NCBI GenBank assembly: GCA_052426225.1
Contig: JBNJNM010000011.1
Span: forward strand, 4,092,001 to 4,156,000
Direction: 5' to 3'
DNA: 64,000 nucleotides
Origin: Zancudomyces culisetae HAW-14-8
Taxonomy: Eukaryota; Fungi; Kickxellomycota
Positions 12,408 through 23,252 of the stretch are shown piece after piece. The notes below the pieces were generated by a model. It had not been told where the DNA came from. It saw only the letters and a program-made list of their open reading frames with translations, and made no database searches. Made by a program: the position numbers and the translations under genes. Positions within the stretch are counted from its first letter, which is position 1, and each line of letters starts with the position of its first letter.

Positions 12408-12818
12408 ATGGCAAAACTGAATGCATATACGCTGCTCTGTCTGATGTGTGTGTGTTTATCCCTTTTAACGGCTTCGATGGTAGGGCTTATCCTTTTTCAA
12501 GAGTATTTAAAGCTCTCAACTACAACTACCTTTTATATATGGTTCGTGTGGTTCGTGTATTTGATAGTGCTTCTCATGGCAAGATATTGCTATCTCTTCC
12601 AAAGTAATTATAGCCAATTTAAAAGAATTGAACGTTCTGCAGAAAAGGAAGGTGCATTTCATACTCAGGAGCGAAAAACGCTCGTGTTTGATATAGCATG
12701 TATAGCCAACATTGCTTTACTGATAACGGTCTCCACCACATGAGACGGATATTGAGCTTTATCCTATTACAAAGTACTTGCCGAATATTTCAATTATTTA
12801 GCTAATTTTCTGCACTAG
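12408..12818 (+). pseudogene. Small three-TM membrane protein ORF (12408-12743), possibly a pseudogene truncated by two in-frame TGA codons
   Basis: ATG start, two adjacent hydrophobic segments, a charged loop and a third hydrophobic segment. The frame continues TT*DGY*ALSYYKVLAEYFNYLANFLH to TAG at 12816-12818. Confidence 0.35.
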
Positions 12819-14460
12819 TTCATTGAGAACACATATAAAGCATATTTTAATAAATTTTTGTAATTTTATACGCCATTGAAACCACAATTAAATAATAAAG
12901 AGTACCACTTAATAACCACCAGGAAAGAATTGATGATAAATGACAGAACTTTGTGTGTACACAAATGCTACAACACTATAGAGATATGGTGTGGTCGGAT
13001 TAAGCGAGTTGGCAAAATGACATTTAAGCACAGAACCTTTCATCAATAAAAAGGCGTGGCATCTGCGCGTATAGAGTTACTCACAGAGCTATTTGAATGG
13101 TGGGCTTACACTAGCGCATGGATTGACTCTGGTACAAAGTTAGACTTTGGATGATAATAGGGATACTCATTTATGAAATCCCAAGATTATTTTAATTTAA
13201 ATAGTGAAGGTGAAAGAGAAAGTATTATAAGATGTGAATGCGAAATTTGACCTAGTTTTGCGATTTTTCAAATAAGCGCTAATAAATTGAATCTGTGTTT
13301 ACAATACAACAATTAAAATTAGTTGTAAACAAAAAGAAGCATTCAACTTCCAATTGAAAAAAAAGAAAAAACACAAATGCACACCATTCATCGAATTTCT
13401 ACTGTGTATGCAAAAAAATAAAAGCAGCAAGAGGATGAAAATATACTTTGATTGCTTTGTATTAAACAACTGGATCACCCAGTAATAAATAGATAGACAG
13501 TAAAGTTCCAAAGTACATCAAAGCTTGACCCTTTAGAAAACAGACTTAACCGTATATTGTATTAATGCAGCTAGTCTCATAACTTTGTTGAATAAAATAG
13601 CTATACAAAAAAAATAATAGCAAGAAAAGAGTGGGATTAGTAGCTGATACTGGGGAACTAGGAACACACTCACTGGGTAATTACTAGGAAAAAAAATATC
13701 AAAGCTCTCTCCTCATTTAGCCAAAACAAATAACAGCATATTTTGAGGGTTGTAGTATGACTACGAAATATAAAGGGTTCATAAATAAACATATAAAGAT
13801 AAAACAGTGTCGCAAGCGTTAGCACACAGCAGGCCTATAATCAGTGTGTTTTGGAACTAGTGTACTGGATACGAAAACCAAATAATTCTAGTGTTTGTGA
13901 AAGAGAGAAAAGTCTAAGGTTTGGTAAGACACTTTTGTATCTGGAATGTTCATAAATATAAGCTATCAATTGCTATGCTAAACCCATGGGTTTGGGGGTT
14001 TTAGGAACATAATAAAAACAAGCGAAATACCTGGTCTTAACCACATCAAAACATATCAAATAGGTATAGAAGACATATTTAGAGAGGATTTGTCTGAAAG
14101 GTAGTCAAGATCAATACACACGTATACTTTACCCAACGATCCAAGATTGAAAGAGAACGGAAAAGGTGTAGGAACCAAAAATAAAAAAAAAAGCTTGTAA
14201 ACGCGGAATTGGAAAAGAGCCTGTTCCTGGCAGTGTCATTTGAGAATTCATTGAGTGCGAGCTGATTGTTTGTATTTGAGGCATACAGTGTTACCAATCA
14301 CTCAGGGGTATCGAGAGATAAACAAAATCGAGTAAAAGGGAACTATCGAAAAACAGTAGAATATATTTGTAAATATAAACCATTGGGGATACTATTTTTA
14401 ATATCCAAGTAACAACAAAAAAAACAAGGCAAGTTAGGCTGCAAAAATAAGTAACAAAGC

Positions 14461-17400
14461 ATGTCAGAGAGAAAGACAGAATACTTTTCTAATCCCGACG
14501 GAAGCAAAATACACCGAATAATTATAGACCCAAAACGACCAAGCATTAGATATATAATCCGTGATATACTCGGTGTAGGGTCCTTTGGAAAATGTTACCG
14601 AGTCAAAGAAGTCGGTGAAGGGGTCGATAGAGAATGGGCCTGTAAAGTACTAGAGAAAACAAACATTACTACATCAAGAATACGGGAACGTCTACAGTTT
14701 GAAGTGAGTATCGCACAGAGTCTTCCAAAACACAAACGAATAGCGTACGGGCACCATGTATTTCAAGATTCGACACGAGTATATATAGTTATGGAACTAT
14801 GTAGTAAGAGCACAATGGAAACTCTTATTAGGTCGCGTCGAAGATTGACTGAATTTGAAGCCAGATATTTTTTTACACAGATAGTTGAGGGAATAGCAGA
14901 ATTGCATAAACGCAAGATAATACATCGAGATATAAAGTTAGCAAACCTACTCTTAACAGAAGAAAATCAAGTGAAAATAGGTGATTTTGGGCTTTCAGCG
15001 CTACTAGAAAGAAAAGATCAAAGAAAAATGTCGTTTTTGGGAACTTTGAATTACCTTTCGCCTGAAGTTGTATTAAGAGGGAGAAGGGGTCATAGTTTTG
15101 GAGTAGATATATGGGCGCTTGGTGTACTGCTGTATATGATGCTAGTAGGAAAGACTCCCTTTGCGCCAAAAATCAAACCAGCGAAACCTGAACATTATTA
15201 CAAGGAAATTTGCCAAGCGAAAATAGAGTTTCCTGAGGGACTCAATCTCAGTGAAGAAGTGCGAGATTTAATACTTAGCCTATGTCAGCGACCAGAGGAT
15301 AAAAGGATAAAGACGATGCAAATAAAATATCATCCTTGGATAGCAAATCACGTGGATGAAATTCCTGAGTACATGCCACCTGCAGTGTTTTCTAGAGTGA
15401 TAAATCCGCATGAATTTCGACAACTGACTGACGAGGAGGAGGAGGAAGAGGAGGAAGAAGAAGAAGAAGAACAAGTGCGAAATGAAGGCAGGATGGAGGA
15501 AGAAGAAAATGGTGACGAAAAAATGGAAGTGGAGAATAATGGGAGATATAATAATGATAACCACAGCGTTGATAGCCGAGATCGAGGTAGAGAGGAAATA
15601 TTGATGGCAGAAGAAAGCGTGGAAATCAAAAGAGTGAGGACAGCTGATTCAGAAAGAGCACGGTTGCAAACACATGCATATGTTCAGATTCCCACATCGC
15701 CGGCAATAACGAACCCTAGCGCAAACTTAGTAGGTAAAAAAGAGATGAATGTAGGAATAAAAAGAATTTCTGACATGCGTAACAGAGCAAGAGGTGAGAG
15801 TACAGAAGGAGTGAGGAGATTTGATTCAGGACTATTTATTTATGATAACGAAAAAGAGGCCAACAACAATGTATTCCGTGATGCCAATGGAGATTACAAT
15901 AAAGGATATAGTGCTAACGAAAAAAGGCAAATGTCAAAAGAAGGTATCAGAGAAGCAATAGAGCGGGTTGAAAAGAAAAAATTGAATCTTAGAAACAGAC
16001 AGGTTACGAACCCAACGAGTAAAATAAAATACAAATACACAGGCGGAATGAGCAATACCGAGTTTACAGAGAGAGGTGATAGAAAAAACTATACTAGGAT
16101 GCAGTATGCAAGAATAGATGAAGAGGATGAAATGGAGGATGAAAATGGAGACGGAGAGGAAAGGAATGAGGAGGATGAACGCGGTGTGAAGAGATGGTCA
16201 AAGACAGAGGAAGAGGAAGGGGAAGGGATAGGAACTAGGACTAGGACAGGAGCAAGGGGAGGAGCAGGAGTAAGGGCAAGAGCACGTGATGAAGAGGCGA
16301 TGGAATCGGATACAGTTAGTAATTTTGTAGCGAGCGAAGGTGAAAATTACAAATACAAAAGGTATATCAAAGAACTCGAACAAACACCAAACCAAAAGAC
16401 AGAATGCCGATCAAGAAATACGAGTAGGACTCCTAAAACAGTTCACCAAACCAGCAATGGCGTAAAGGTTCCCATACTGACAAAGCATGAATATAGAAGG
16501 TCCGAGCAGATGGATCACGATAATATGGAAACCTACCCGAGCCAGAATCAAGTACCAAGCTATTCGGGCAACACCCACGAAAATTCACAAGTTTACTACA
16601 ACGGTGACAGGACATACAATAAAGTAAATGAGAACATTAGTCAACTAAACCTGCATGGTGACAGATTGATGATGGGAATGCCATCATACATTCAAGCAAA
16701 AATAGGAGACAAACTATTAGTTGATTTGGAATCTCAAAATGCAGTATCCCGATATAACAGACCCCAAGGACAAAAGGTAAGATCAGAACCGAAAAACATA
16801 GAGGCTATGGATGTGGAAATCGAGATGGAAAAGCAGCCGCTACAGCCAAAACAAAAACAGAAACAATCACCGACACCACAACAACAACAGCAACAACAAC
16901 AACAACAACAACAACAACAACGGCGATACAGTGTAACAACTTCACCACTCAAAAATAATACCAGAAATCCAAGCGAGTTCGACATTGAAATGGAAAATGT
17001 GCAAAATAATCAGCATAGAGGCGGTGATAGAAATGAAAGTGGAAATCAAATCGGAAATCAAATCGGAAATGGGAATGGGAATGGGAATGGGAATGAAAAC
17101 GTACAAGATAAAAAAAAAACAAATCTGGCAACTGATGGAAGCACAAACAATGTGGAGATCCAAAACGAGGTATTACAAAAGTCAACCATGGAGAAAAGAG
17201 CAGACAACACACTATTTCGTATATGGCAGGCCCGGCTAGATATTCTATCACACCGGTTTGCGCTCTACCAACAAAAACAGGCTGCAGATCCAGAATGGAG
17301 CTTGCCGGACACCACCAATGATAAACCATTTATGGCTGAACATGTAGTATTAGGCGTACCGGTACATTTGAGCCGGTTTGTGCGTGTACCAAAATACGGA

Positions 17401-17991
17401 TTGGGATATGAACTAACCAATGGCGTATTTGGGGTGTCGTTTAGGGATAAGACAAGTCTATTGAGTCGTGCAGATAGTAGAGATTCACTTTTTTTGGTTC
17501 ACACTGGGAATGGGGGCATTGAGATTCAACAGCTACCCCATACAGATAAACTTGTGGGAATGGAGCAAAAGTTAGCTCTTTATTCACAATTTGAGATAGC
17601 AGTTAGAGAGCAACCACAACTCAAAGGTATAGGGACCAAAATAAACAGCCAATTTAGCAGTGATGGCTTTTCTAGAAATACAAATGGGAATAGTGGTAAC
17701 AATGTTAACAGCAGCGAAAACGGGTTTGTGTTTGTAACAAAGTATTTATCGGCTACAAACGTTAGTTTGTATCGAATAAGCAATGGTGCTATTCAGGTGT
17801 GTTTTAAGGATTCATCACAGCTGCTATTTTACGGAGAAAACACGATAACATTCGTAGATAAAAGCAATGTTGCAGTAACGTTTGATATTAGAGAATCTAT
17901 AAAAACAATATTTTCTGGGGCAAAATTTAACCATGCTGAACTGGTTAACCGAATAAATTACACAGCAAAAGTTTTGGAGGCTGCTCATTAA
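14461..17991 (+). CDS. Polo-like Ser/Thr kinase (Cdc5/Plo1/PLK family), divergent, with two degenerate C-terminal polo boxes
   Basis: GVGSFGKC, WACK, HRDIKLAN (PLK-type), KIGDFGL, GHSFGVDIW. C-terminal KYGLGYELTNGVFGVSFRDKTSL (polo box 1) and RISNGAIQVCFKD (polo box 2). Confidence 0.9.
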   Translation: MSERKTEYFSNPDGSKIHRIIIDPKRPSIRYIIRDILGVGSFGKCYRVKEVGEGVDREWACKVLEKTNITTSRIRERLQFEVSIAQSLPKHKRIAYGHHVFQDSTRVYIVMELCSKSTMETLIRSRRRLTEFEARYFFTQIVEGIAELHKRKIIHRDIKLANLLLTEENQVKIGDFGLSALLERKDQRKMSFLGTLNYLSPEVVLRGRRGHSFGVDIWALGVLLYMMLVGKTPFAPKIKPAKPEHYYKEICQAKIEFPEGLNLSEEVRDLILSLCQRPEDKRIKTMQIKYHPWIANHVDEIPEYMPPAVFSRVINPHEFRQLTDEEEEEEEEEEEEEQVRNEGRMEEEENGDEKMEVENNGRYNNDNHSVDSRDRGREEILMAEESVEIKRVRTADSERARLQTHAYVQIPTSPAITNPSANLVGKKEMNVGIKRISDMRNRARGESTEGVRRFDSGLFIYDNEKEANNNVFRDANGDYNKGYSANEKRQMSKEGIREAIERVEKKKLNLRNRQVTNPTSKIKYKYTGGMSNTEFTERGDRKNYTRMQYARIDEEDEMEDENGDGEERNEEDERGVKRWSKTEEEEGEGIGTRTRTGARGGAGVRARARDEEAMESDTVSNFVASEGENYKYKRYIKELEQTPNQKTECRSRNTSRTPKTVHQTSNGVKVPILTKHEYRRSEQMDHDNMETYPSQNQVPSYSGNTHENSQVYYNGDRTYNKVNENISQLNLHGDRLMMGMPSYIQAKIGDKLLVDLESQNAVSRYNRPQGQKVRSEPKNIEAMDVEIEMEKQPLQPKQKQKQSPTPQQQQQQQQQQQQQQRRYSVTTSPLKNNTRNPSEFDIEMENVQNNQHRGGDRNESGNQIGNQIGNGNGNGNGNENVQDKKKTNLATDGSTNNVEIQNEVLQKSTMEKRADNTLFRIWQARLDILSHRFALYQQKQAADPEWSLPDTTNDKPFMAEHVVLGVPVHLSRFVRVPKYGLGYELTNGVFGVSFRDKTSLLSRADSRDSLFLVHTGNGGIEIQQLPHTDKLVGMEQKLALYSQFEIAVREQPQLKGIGTKINSQFSSDGFSRNTNGNSGNNVNSSENGFVFVTKYLSATNVSLYRISNGAIQVCFKDSSQLLFYGENTITFVDKSNVAVTFDIRESIKTIFSGAKFNHAELVNRINYTAKVLEAAH
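16879..16920 (+). repeat. (CAA/CAG)14 polyglutamine tract in the Polo-like kinase linker
   Basis: Directly visible triplet repeat encoding Q14. Confidence 0.95.
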
Positions 17992-18036
17992 TAACGCATT
18001 TCGAAATTCAAAGGGAAGAGGAGAAAGAAAAAGAAA

Positions 18037-21000
18037 CTATTCTACAGAAAGAAGATGGCTAGGCCAAACAATAGGTGAGTATTCGTTTTTATTCGGCAGA
18101 ATAAATGGCAGGCCTCTGCTAGAAGTACTAGAAGCAGGAACCTTTTCCTGAATCACATTTCCATCATCCTTATCGCCTTTAAAACCGAGTAATTCAGAAC
18201 ACAGATTAAAAGTGGATATGCGGCTATCACTACCGCTACCAAAGTCTTGAATATGTTTAGGGTCTGCGTCCAAGGAGCAGGCAGCAAACAAACAAGAGGA
18301 GCTGGTGGGCTTGTTGGGCTTGCTAGATTCACTAGATGCAATGATGGGAACGAGTTCAGATCGACTGATGTCCGGAGAATCTCTGGGTGAAAGGTTATTG
18401 AAAAAGACAGAACGGGGATGAGAACGACCAAAGCTCGTAAACAGAGTCAAAACTTTGTAAAATGAGGTGTAGATGTCTGACAGAACAGACGAATACGTGT
18501 TAAGTTCGACAAGCTCAGATAGCGTGCAGACTCCAATGTGCAGTAGATGCCAGTCGGCTTTCCCAAGGGTTGCGTTCAGCGGATTAATTGGCTTGCGTTG
18601 GCCATTGAGTTGGCCAAAGTGGCCAAAGACCAAAAGTGATTGGCCACGAAGGTACGATCGAAAATATATTTCCAGCAATGAGCTACGATTCGGCTGCGTG
18701 AACCCAAAGTGGAGGTTTGTTTCAATGACGGGAAAGATAACACCGGTCGCCTTGATTTCTTTTGGTGAATTTGGTAGCTGCTCGGAAATATATCCTTGAA
18801 CAGTGTACCTTATCAACAACCGAAGTCCACCAAACTGCCACAAGGTATAGTTGTAGTTGGTTTTCCCACCTTTGTTGCCACCAAAAACTAACTCTTCGCT
18901 GTTTTTGTTAATCAATTTCTCTTGGATTACTGCTTTGAAAAGTGTTGAAAGGATCTCCACGTCATTTCTAAACAGGCTGAAGCTGTCATCTATGAATAAT
19001 ACGCCTTGCTGGCTCACTGACGACATCATTGCCAGAGTTTTTATATCTCTCGCTGTGAGTATATCTATAAACGCATCTTCTGACATCACCACATCTGCCT
19101 TGTGCTTTCGCGCAAGTTCGTTTGCCACGCCGTCTCCGCTTATTTGATGTCTTTCCGCAAACATCCTTTCTTTTGCCCTCCCCAACATTTCACTACCGAG
19201 CTTCTGTGGCTCATTAACAGGTTTTTCTACATCCATCCTGCAACACACTCCTGTTTGGTAGACAAGCCCCAGAAATTCCAACTTACTACCATGTGCCCAC
19301 TTATTTGCTTTCGCTTCCTCACCGAGTATCTGAATCTCGTTTCGACTGTACTCTTTTGGGTACTCCGCTGCTTCTCTAACAATTTGGGCCTTTTGCTTCG
19401 CTTGGATTTCGTTTATCATTTGTATTTGTATTTTGGTTTTGTATATTTTACTATATCCTCGCATCTTTTTGGTGAACTCATCCTCATCCTCATCCTCATT
19501 TTCATTTTCATTTTCATGTAGATTTTCCGTGGCCAAAAGCTGCTGGTTCATTGTAGTATTATCTTTAACATGTGAAGTATTAGAACTTAGCTTTGGCTTT
19601 TGTTTTGGTATATTTTTCTCAATCTTCTTTTTGTTTTCGCTCAACAGTCGATACCAAAACCCGTTATTGTCGCTTTCACAAAGTAAAGTAGATAAAACGT
19701 CACGCTGCTCAGCTTTTGATTTGGATATGTTTTGTTGGTCCATAGATCGGTATAGCCGTTGTGCTATCAAAAATAAAGGCCTAAGCAACCTTTCACTTTT
19801 CTTTTTGCTGTTACCACTAGTGTTAATACCAGATTTACCCCCTTCACGCTCAGTAGTGCTGGAAGTAGACTGTGATTTTTCAGCCGACAGCATTTGGTTT
19901 ATAAACGCCAAATCATCACTTAATGCCACTGGTGGGCTATCCGGGTTTGTTTTGCCAGATTTTTGTAGATCTACACTTTTACGAGAATCCTGAATACCCA
20001 CACCTGGGCTTTTCCTGCTGTTTTTAGTATCTATGTCATCATACGTGTTAGTAATATTGCTGTTTATGGTTTTCAGCAGCTTATCCAATATTAACTCTCC
20101 ATCTCTCCTACTTTCCAAACGAGTACCCCCACTAGCGACATTTGCTACACTCTTATTGAGCGGGTAATCGGTTTCTTTTTGCCTTAAAATTACACCTATC
20201 TTACCCTGAGCTTCTACCTCCACCACCTCTTCTATATCATCATCATCATCATCTTCTTCTTCATCCTCATCTTTCTCTTTCTCTTTCTCTTTCTCTTCCC
20301 CCTCCTCCTCCTCCTCCTCCTCCTCCTCCTCCTCCTCCTCATCCCCTTCATTATCTTCTTCTTCTTCCTCCTCCTCCTCCTCTGGAAGTTTCACCAACTT
20401 ATCCATTTCATATATTCTCCTCATCTTAATATCTCTCATCAGTATCGAATATTCCATAAACACTTTTTCCCCAAACATCACCTCTGCTTTAGCAACATTC
20501 TGTTGATACCTTTTCTTTGACCTCTTTACGGTTTTTAGTTTTTCGATATTCAGTTTTATCTCATTTTGTTTGTACACGCTATAGTCCAACTCAATTCCAT
20601 CCAATGCCCTTTCCACTCGGTTCACAAACTCATCGTCGCGTTCTCTTATTTGTACACCATCTTTTATCTCGTTTTCCTTAGCCGCCGTGCTCATTGATGT
20701 TTGTATACCTTTTTGTTTCTCTATATGCCATTAATGTTTGTATGGTTACTTACTTTACAAGTTTAAATGCAATATGTAAAAATAATTTAATGTCTAATAA
20801 GCAGCGATAGATACTGTTCACCATTTTTGTACAACTTAGCAAAATACAACATTCAAAGTAAGCTTACCTAAAGCAAAGCCCTTTCTAGCCTGTTCACCTC
20901 GCAGTTTACTAATCAGTGATGTTGTCTTTAGTTTCTTTGTACTTGGCCGTGCACTGTTGCTACCAACAGCTTTCATATTCTCAGTATTGACATTATCTTT

Positions 21001-21678
21001 ATCTGGTTTGCTAGCACTATTTATTAGATCATTTTGTTTTCCAGTATCTTCTAATTCTTTATCCAAATTCTCCCCAATAGTATTTGCATCATTCATACGA
21101 ATATCGGGTATTGCCCCCTGATGCTCCTTTCTCTGAACATCCACAAATTCTTTGTGCTCTCCAAGGCTTTCCAAATTCGTGGTGCCTTCAACTTGAGCTA
21201 GCATTTGTTCAACCTGCTGATCTTGACTTTTGTAGACGCCATCGAATTCGTCCTGATCTTCGCCCTGTACACTCTCAAACGGATCAGTACCTTTTCCCTT
21301 TCTTCTTGTTTTTCTGGGCGTATGCTTGATTATATGTTGAAATTCTTCTTGTTGTGCAAGCGTTTCCGTTTCCGATTTTATTTCTGTTTTTGTTTTTGCC
21401 ACTGGCTGACCCTCTGTCTTTGCCTTGGTTGTTACTTTTGAGCTAACGGATTCTTTTTCTAAATCTAAATTTCTGCTACTTCTCAACACCCTGGTTGTTG
21501 TAGAAATCGTTTTAGCCTTTTTAGATTTTGGCGATTCAGTATCAGCTTCGTTTTTCTCTTGGGATCCTTCATCCCTCACTTCACCCTCTCCATCACCCGC
21601 CCTGCCCACTTGTATCCCGGGGTTGGGTTCTTCAGTATCTTGAATGGCTTCCTCTTTTGCTCTTTTTCCCACCCTCAT
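18037..21678 (-). CDS. ICE2/NARG2-like protein (NARG2_C-like C-terminal domain); exons 21678-20868 and 20720-18037, about 1164 aa
   Basis: The two track ORFs are joined in frame by intron 20867-20721 (donor GTAAGC, acceptor TATAG; junction ...GFALE-KQKGIQTSMSTAA...). The C-terminal region ADVVMSEDAF...LFIDD...NYNYTLWQFGGLRLLIRY resembles NARG2_C as recalled. Confidence 0.6.
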
Positions 21679-23252
21679 TCTCTTTTGTCTTTTGTATTTT
21701 ATATCTTTGTTTTAGAAATACTTTGACGCAGTTCATACCTATTCAGTGATTCAGTGGACTTTTTTTCTACTTTTTTTCAATGGGAGGGGGGGTAGTGAGG
21801 TACACGACGAAATTGAAGTCAAAGGTTGCACACGAGGAATTAAAGCTTAGCCAATAACTACCTGAGCACTAATTTGTAGAAAGTCGAAATCCACCAATCT
21901 ACCAATCCAGCCAACTCACCAATGAGCATGTAATCTCAAATGGTTAATACGAAATAAAGAAAGCAACCATAGGTCTGATCTGCGCTTTGTGGACACAGTG
22001 TAGTCATTTTCACCATAGAACTATAATATTTTCATACTTGTTGTATCAGATAATCAACACATTTTTCACTTCCTGTTTTTTGCATTACAAGTTGTGCTTA
22101 CACTCAGGTTGGCCAGCTGGATACAAGTTTGGTTAAATATAGATAAACATACCTCCGGGGATAAAACAGATAGCATATACACATTCGCCAACACATATTC
22201 GATTTGCTACACTTCAAGTCAGTAAAGCCATATATTCATGGTTTTGTGTTTTCATAGGGATTTTCTTGATTTATCATCATTAGAACTGGATGCTCTGTCT
22301 GTACATCCAATTTCGGCTTTGAATGCACCTCTTTTAAAACTTTTTTTAAAGCTTTTCTTTTAACAGATAACAAAATACTGAAATAAACACAAAGGAAAAT
22401 GAATACAAAATAGTGGAGTACTCTATCGAGTTCGTTCGGAAAAACGTGCCGTTTTCTGCTATTGGTGACATCAACATACCGATTAGTCTTTTAACTATCA
22501 GAATTATTATCTGATTTTATTATTTTGAAGATGAATGAAGTTTATTTTCATTTGAGGCTTTTAAACACATTTTGGATTGAATCAAAAGGTACGCGAAACT
22601 TTTTTTTTTGCTTGTGAAATTGGTCTTGATCGGGCTGAGTGCAAACTATTTGTTGTTGGTATTAATGACAGCCCATTTTTTATTACACCAAATGTGCAAA
22701 GGATTAAAAAAATTTTGGATTTTCAAAATAATGAAAAGTGTATCAAAACAGTCTCAGATTTTGTAATTCACAATAAATCTCTTTTGCTTAGGTGAATTTA
22801 TCGACTCGCAGTAATTAAGATGCACTTTGACATAGTCAATTCTATTCGTTCATTTGCAATAGCAATTAAAAAATAGTAAATAAAGCCCCAATGCCTTCAG
22901 CCATAAACGGAGGTCGGTTTGCTAACCAATAATTATCCGTGAAAGTAGAAAACTAAATCTTTTAGAAATACCTGATGTATTTTCGTCTTTCTGTAACTCT
23001 CCCAGCTAGAAACTGCTTTTTTCCCTGAAAGCTTTATTTCGCTACTAAATAAGGCTGCTAAAAAAAAGGTTAGATTTTTTCGAAAGATAAACAATTTTAA
23101 AGCTGGTGGGCCTAGTTGCACCTCAAAAACCTTTTATAGCTGCGTTGCTCGACCCACGCTCTAAAAAGAAAGAGCATACCCTTTTTTTTAGGAAAAACAT
23201 ACAATAATGTTCTTTTATCTCGAAAGAGTAAAAAAACACCAGAATATAGGAT

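Noticed and set aside
12741-12755. Two in-frame TGA codons as possible selenocysteine or recoding, since some early-diverging fungi use Sec
   Set aside because: No redox-motif context and no SECIS-like AUGA..AA..GA hairpin found downstream. TGA acts as a normal stop in other genes here (P450, DOM34, La). Nonsense decay or a true stop is simpler.
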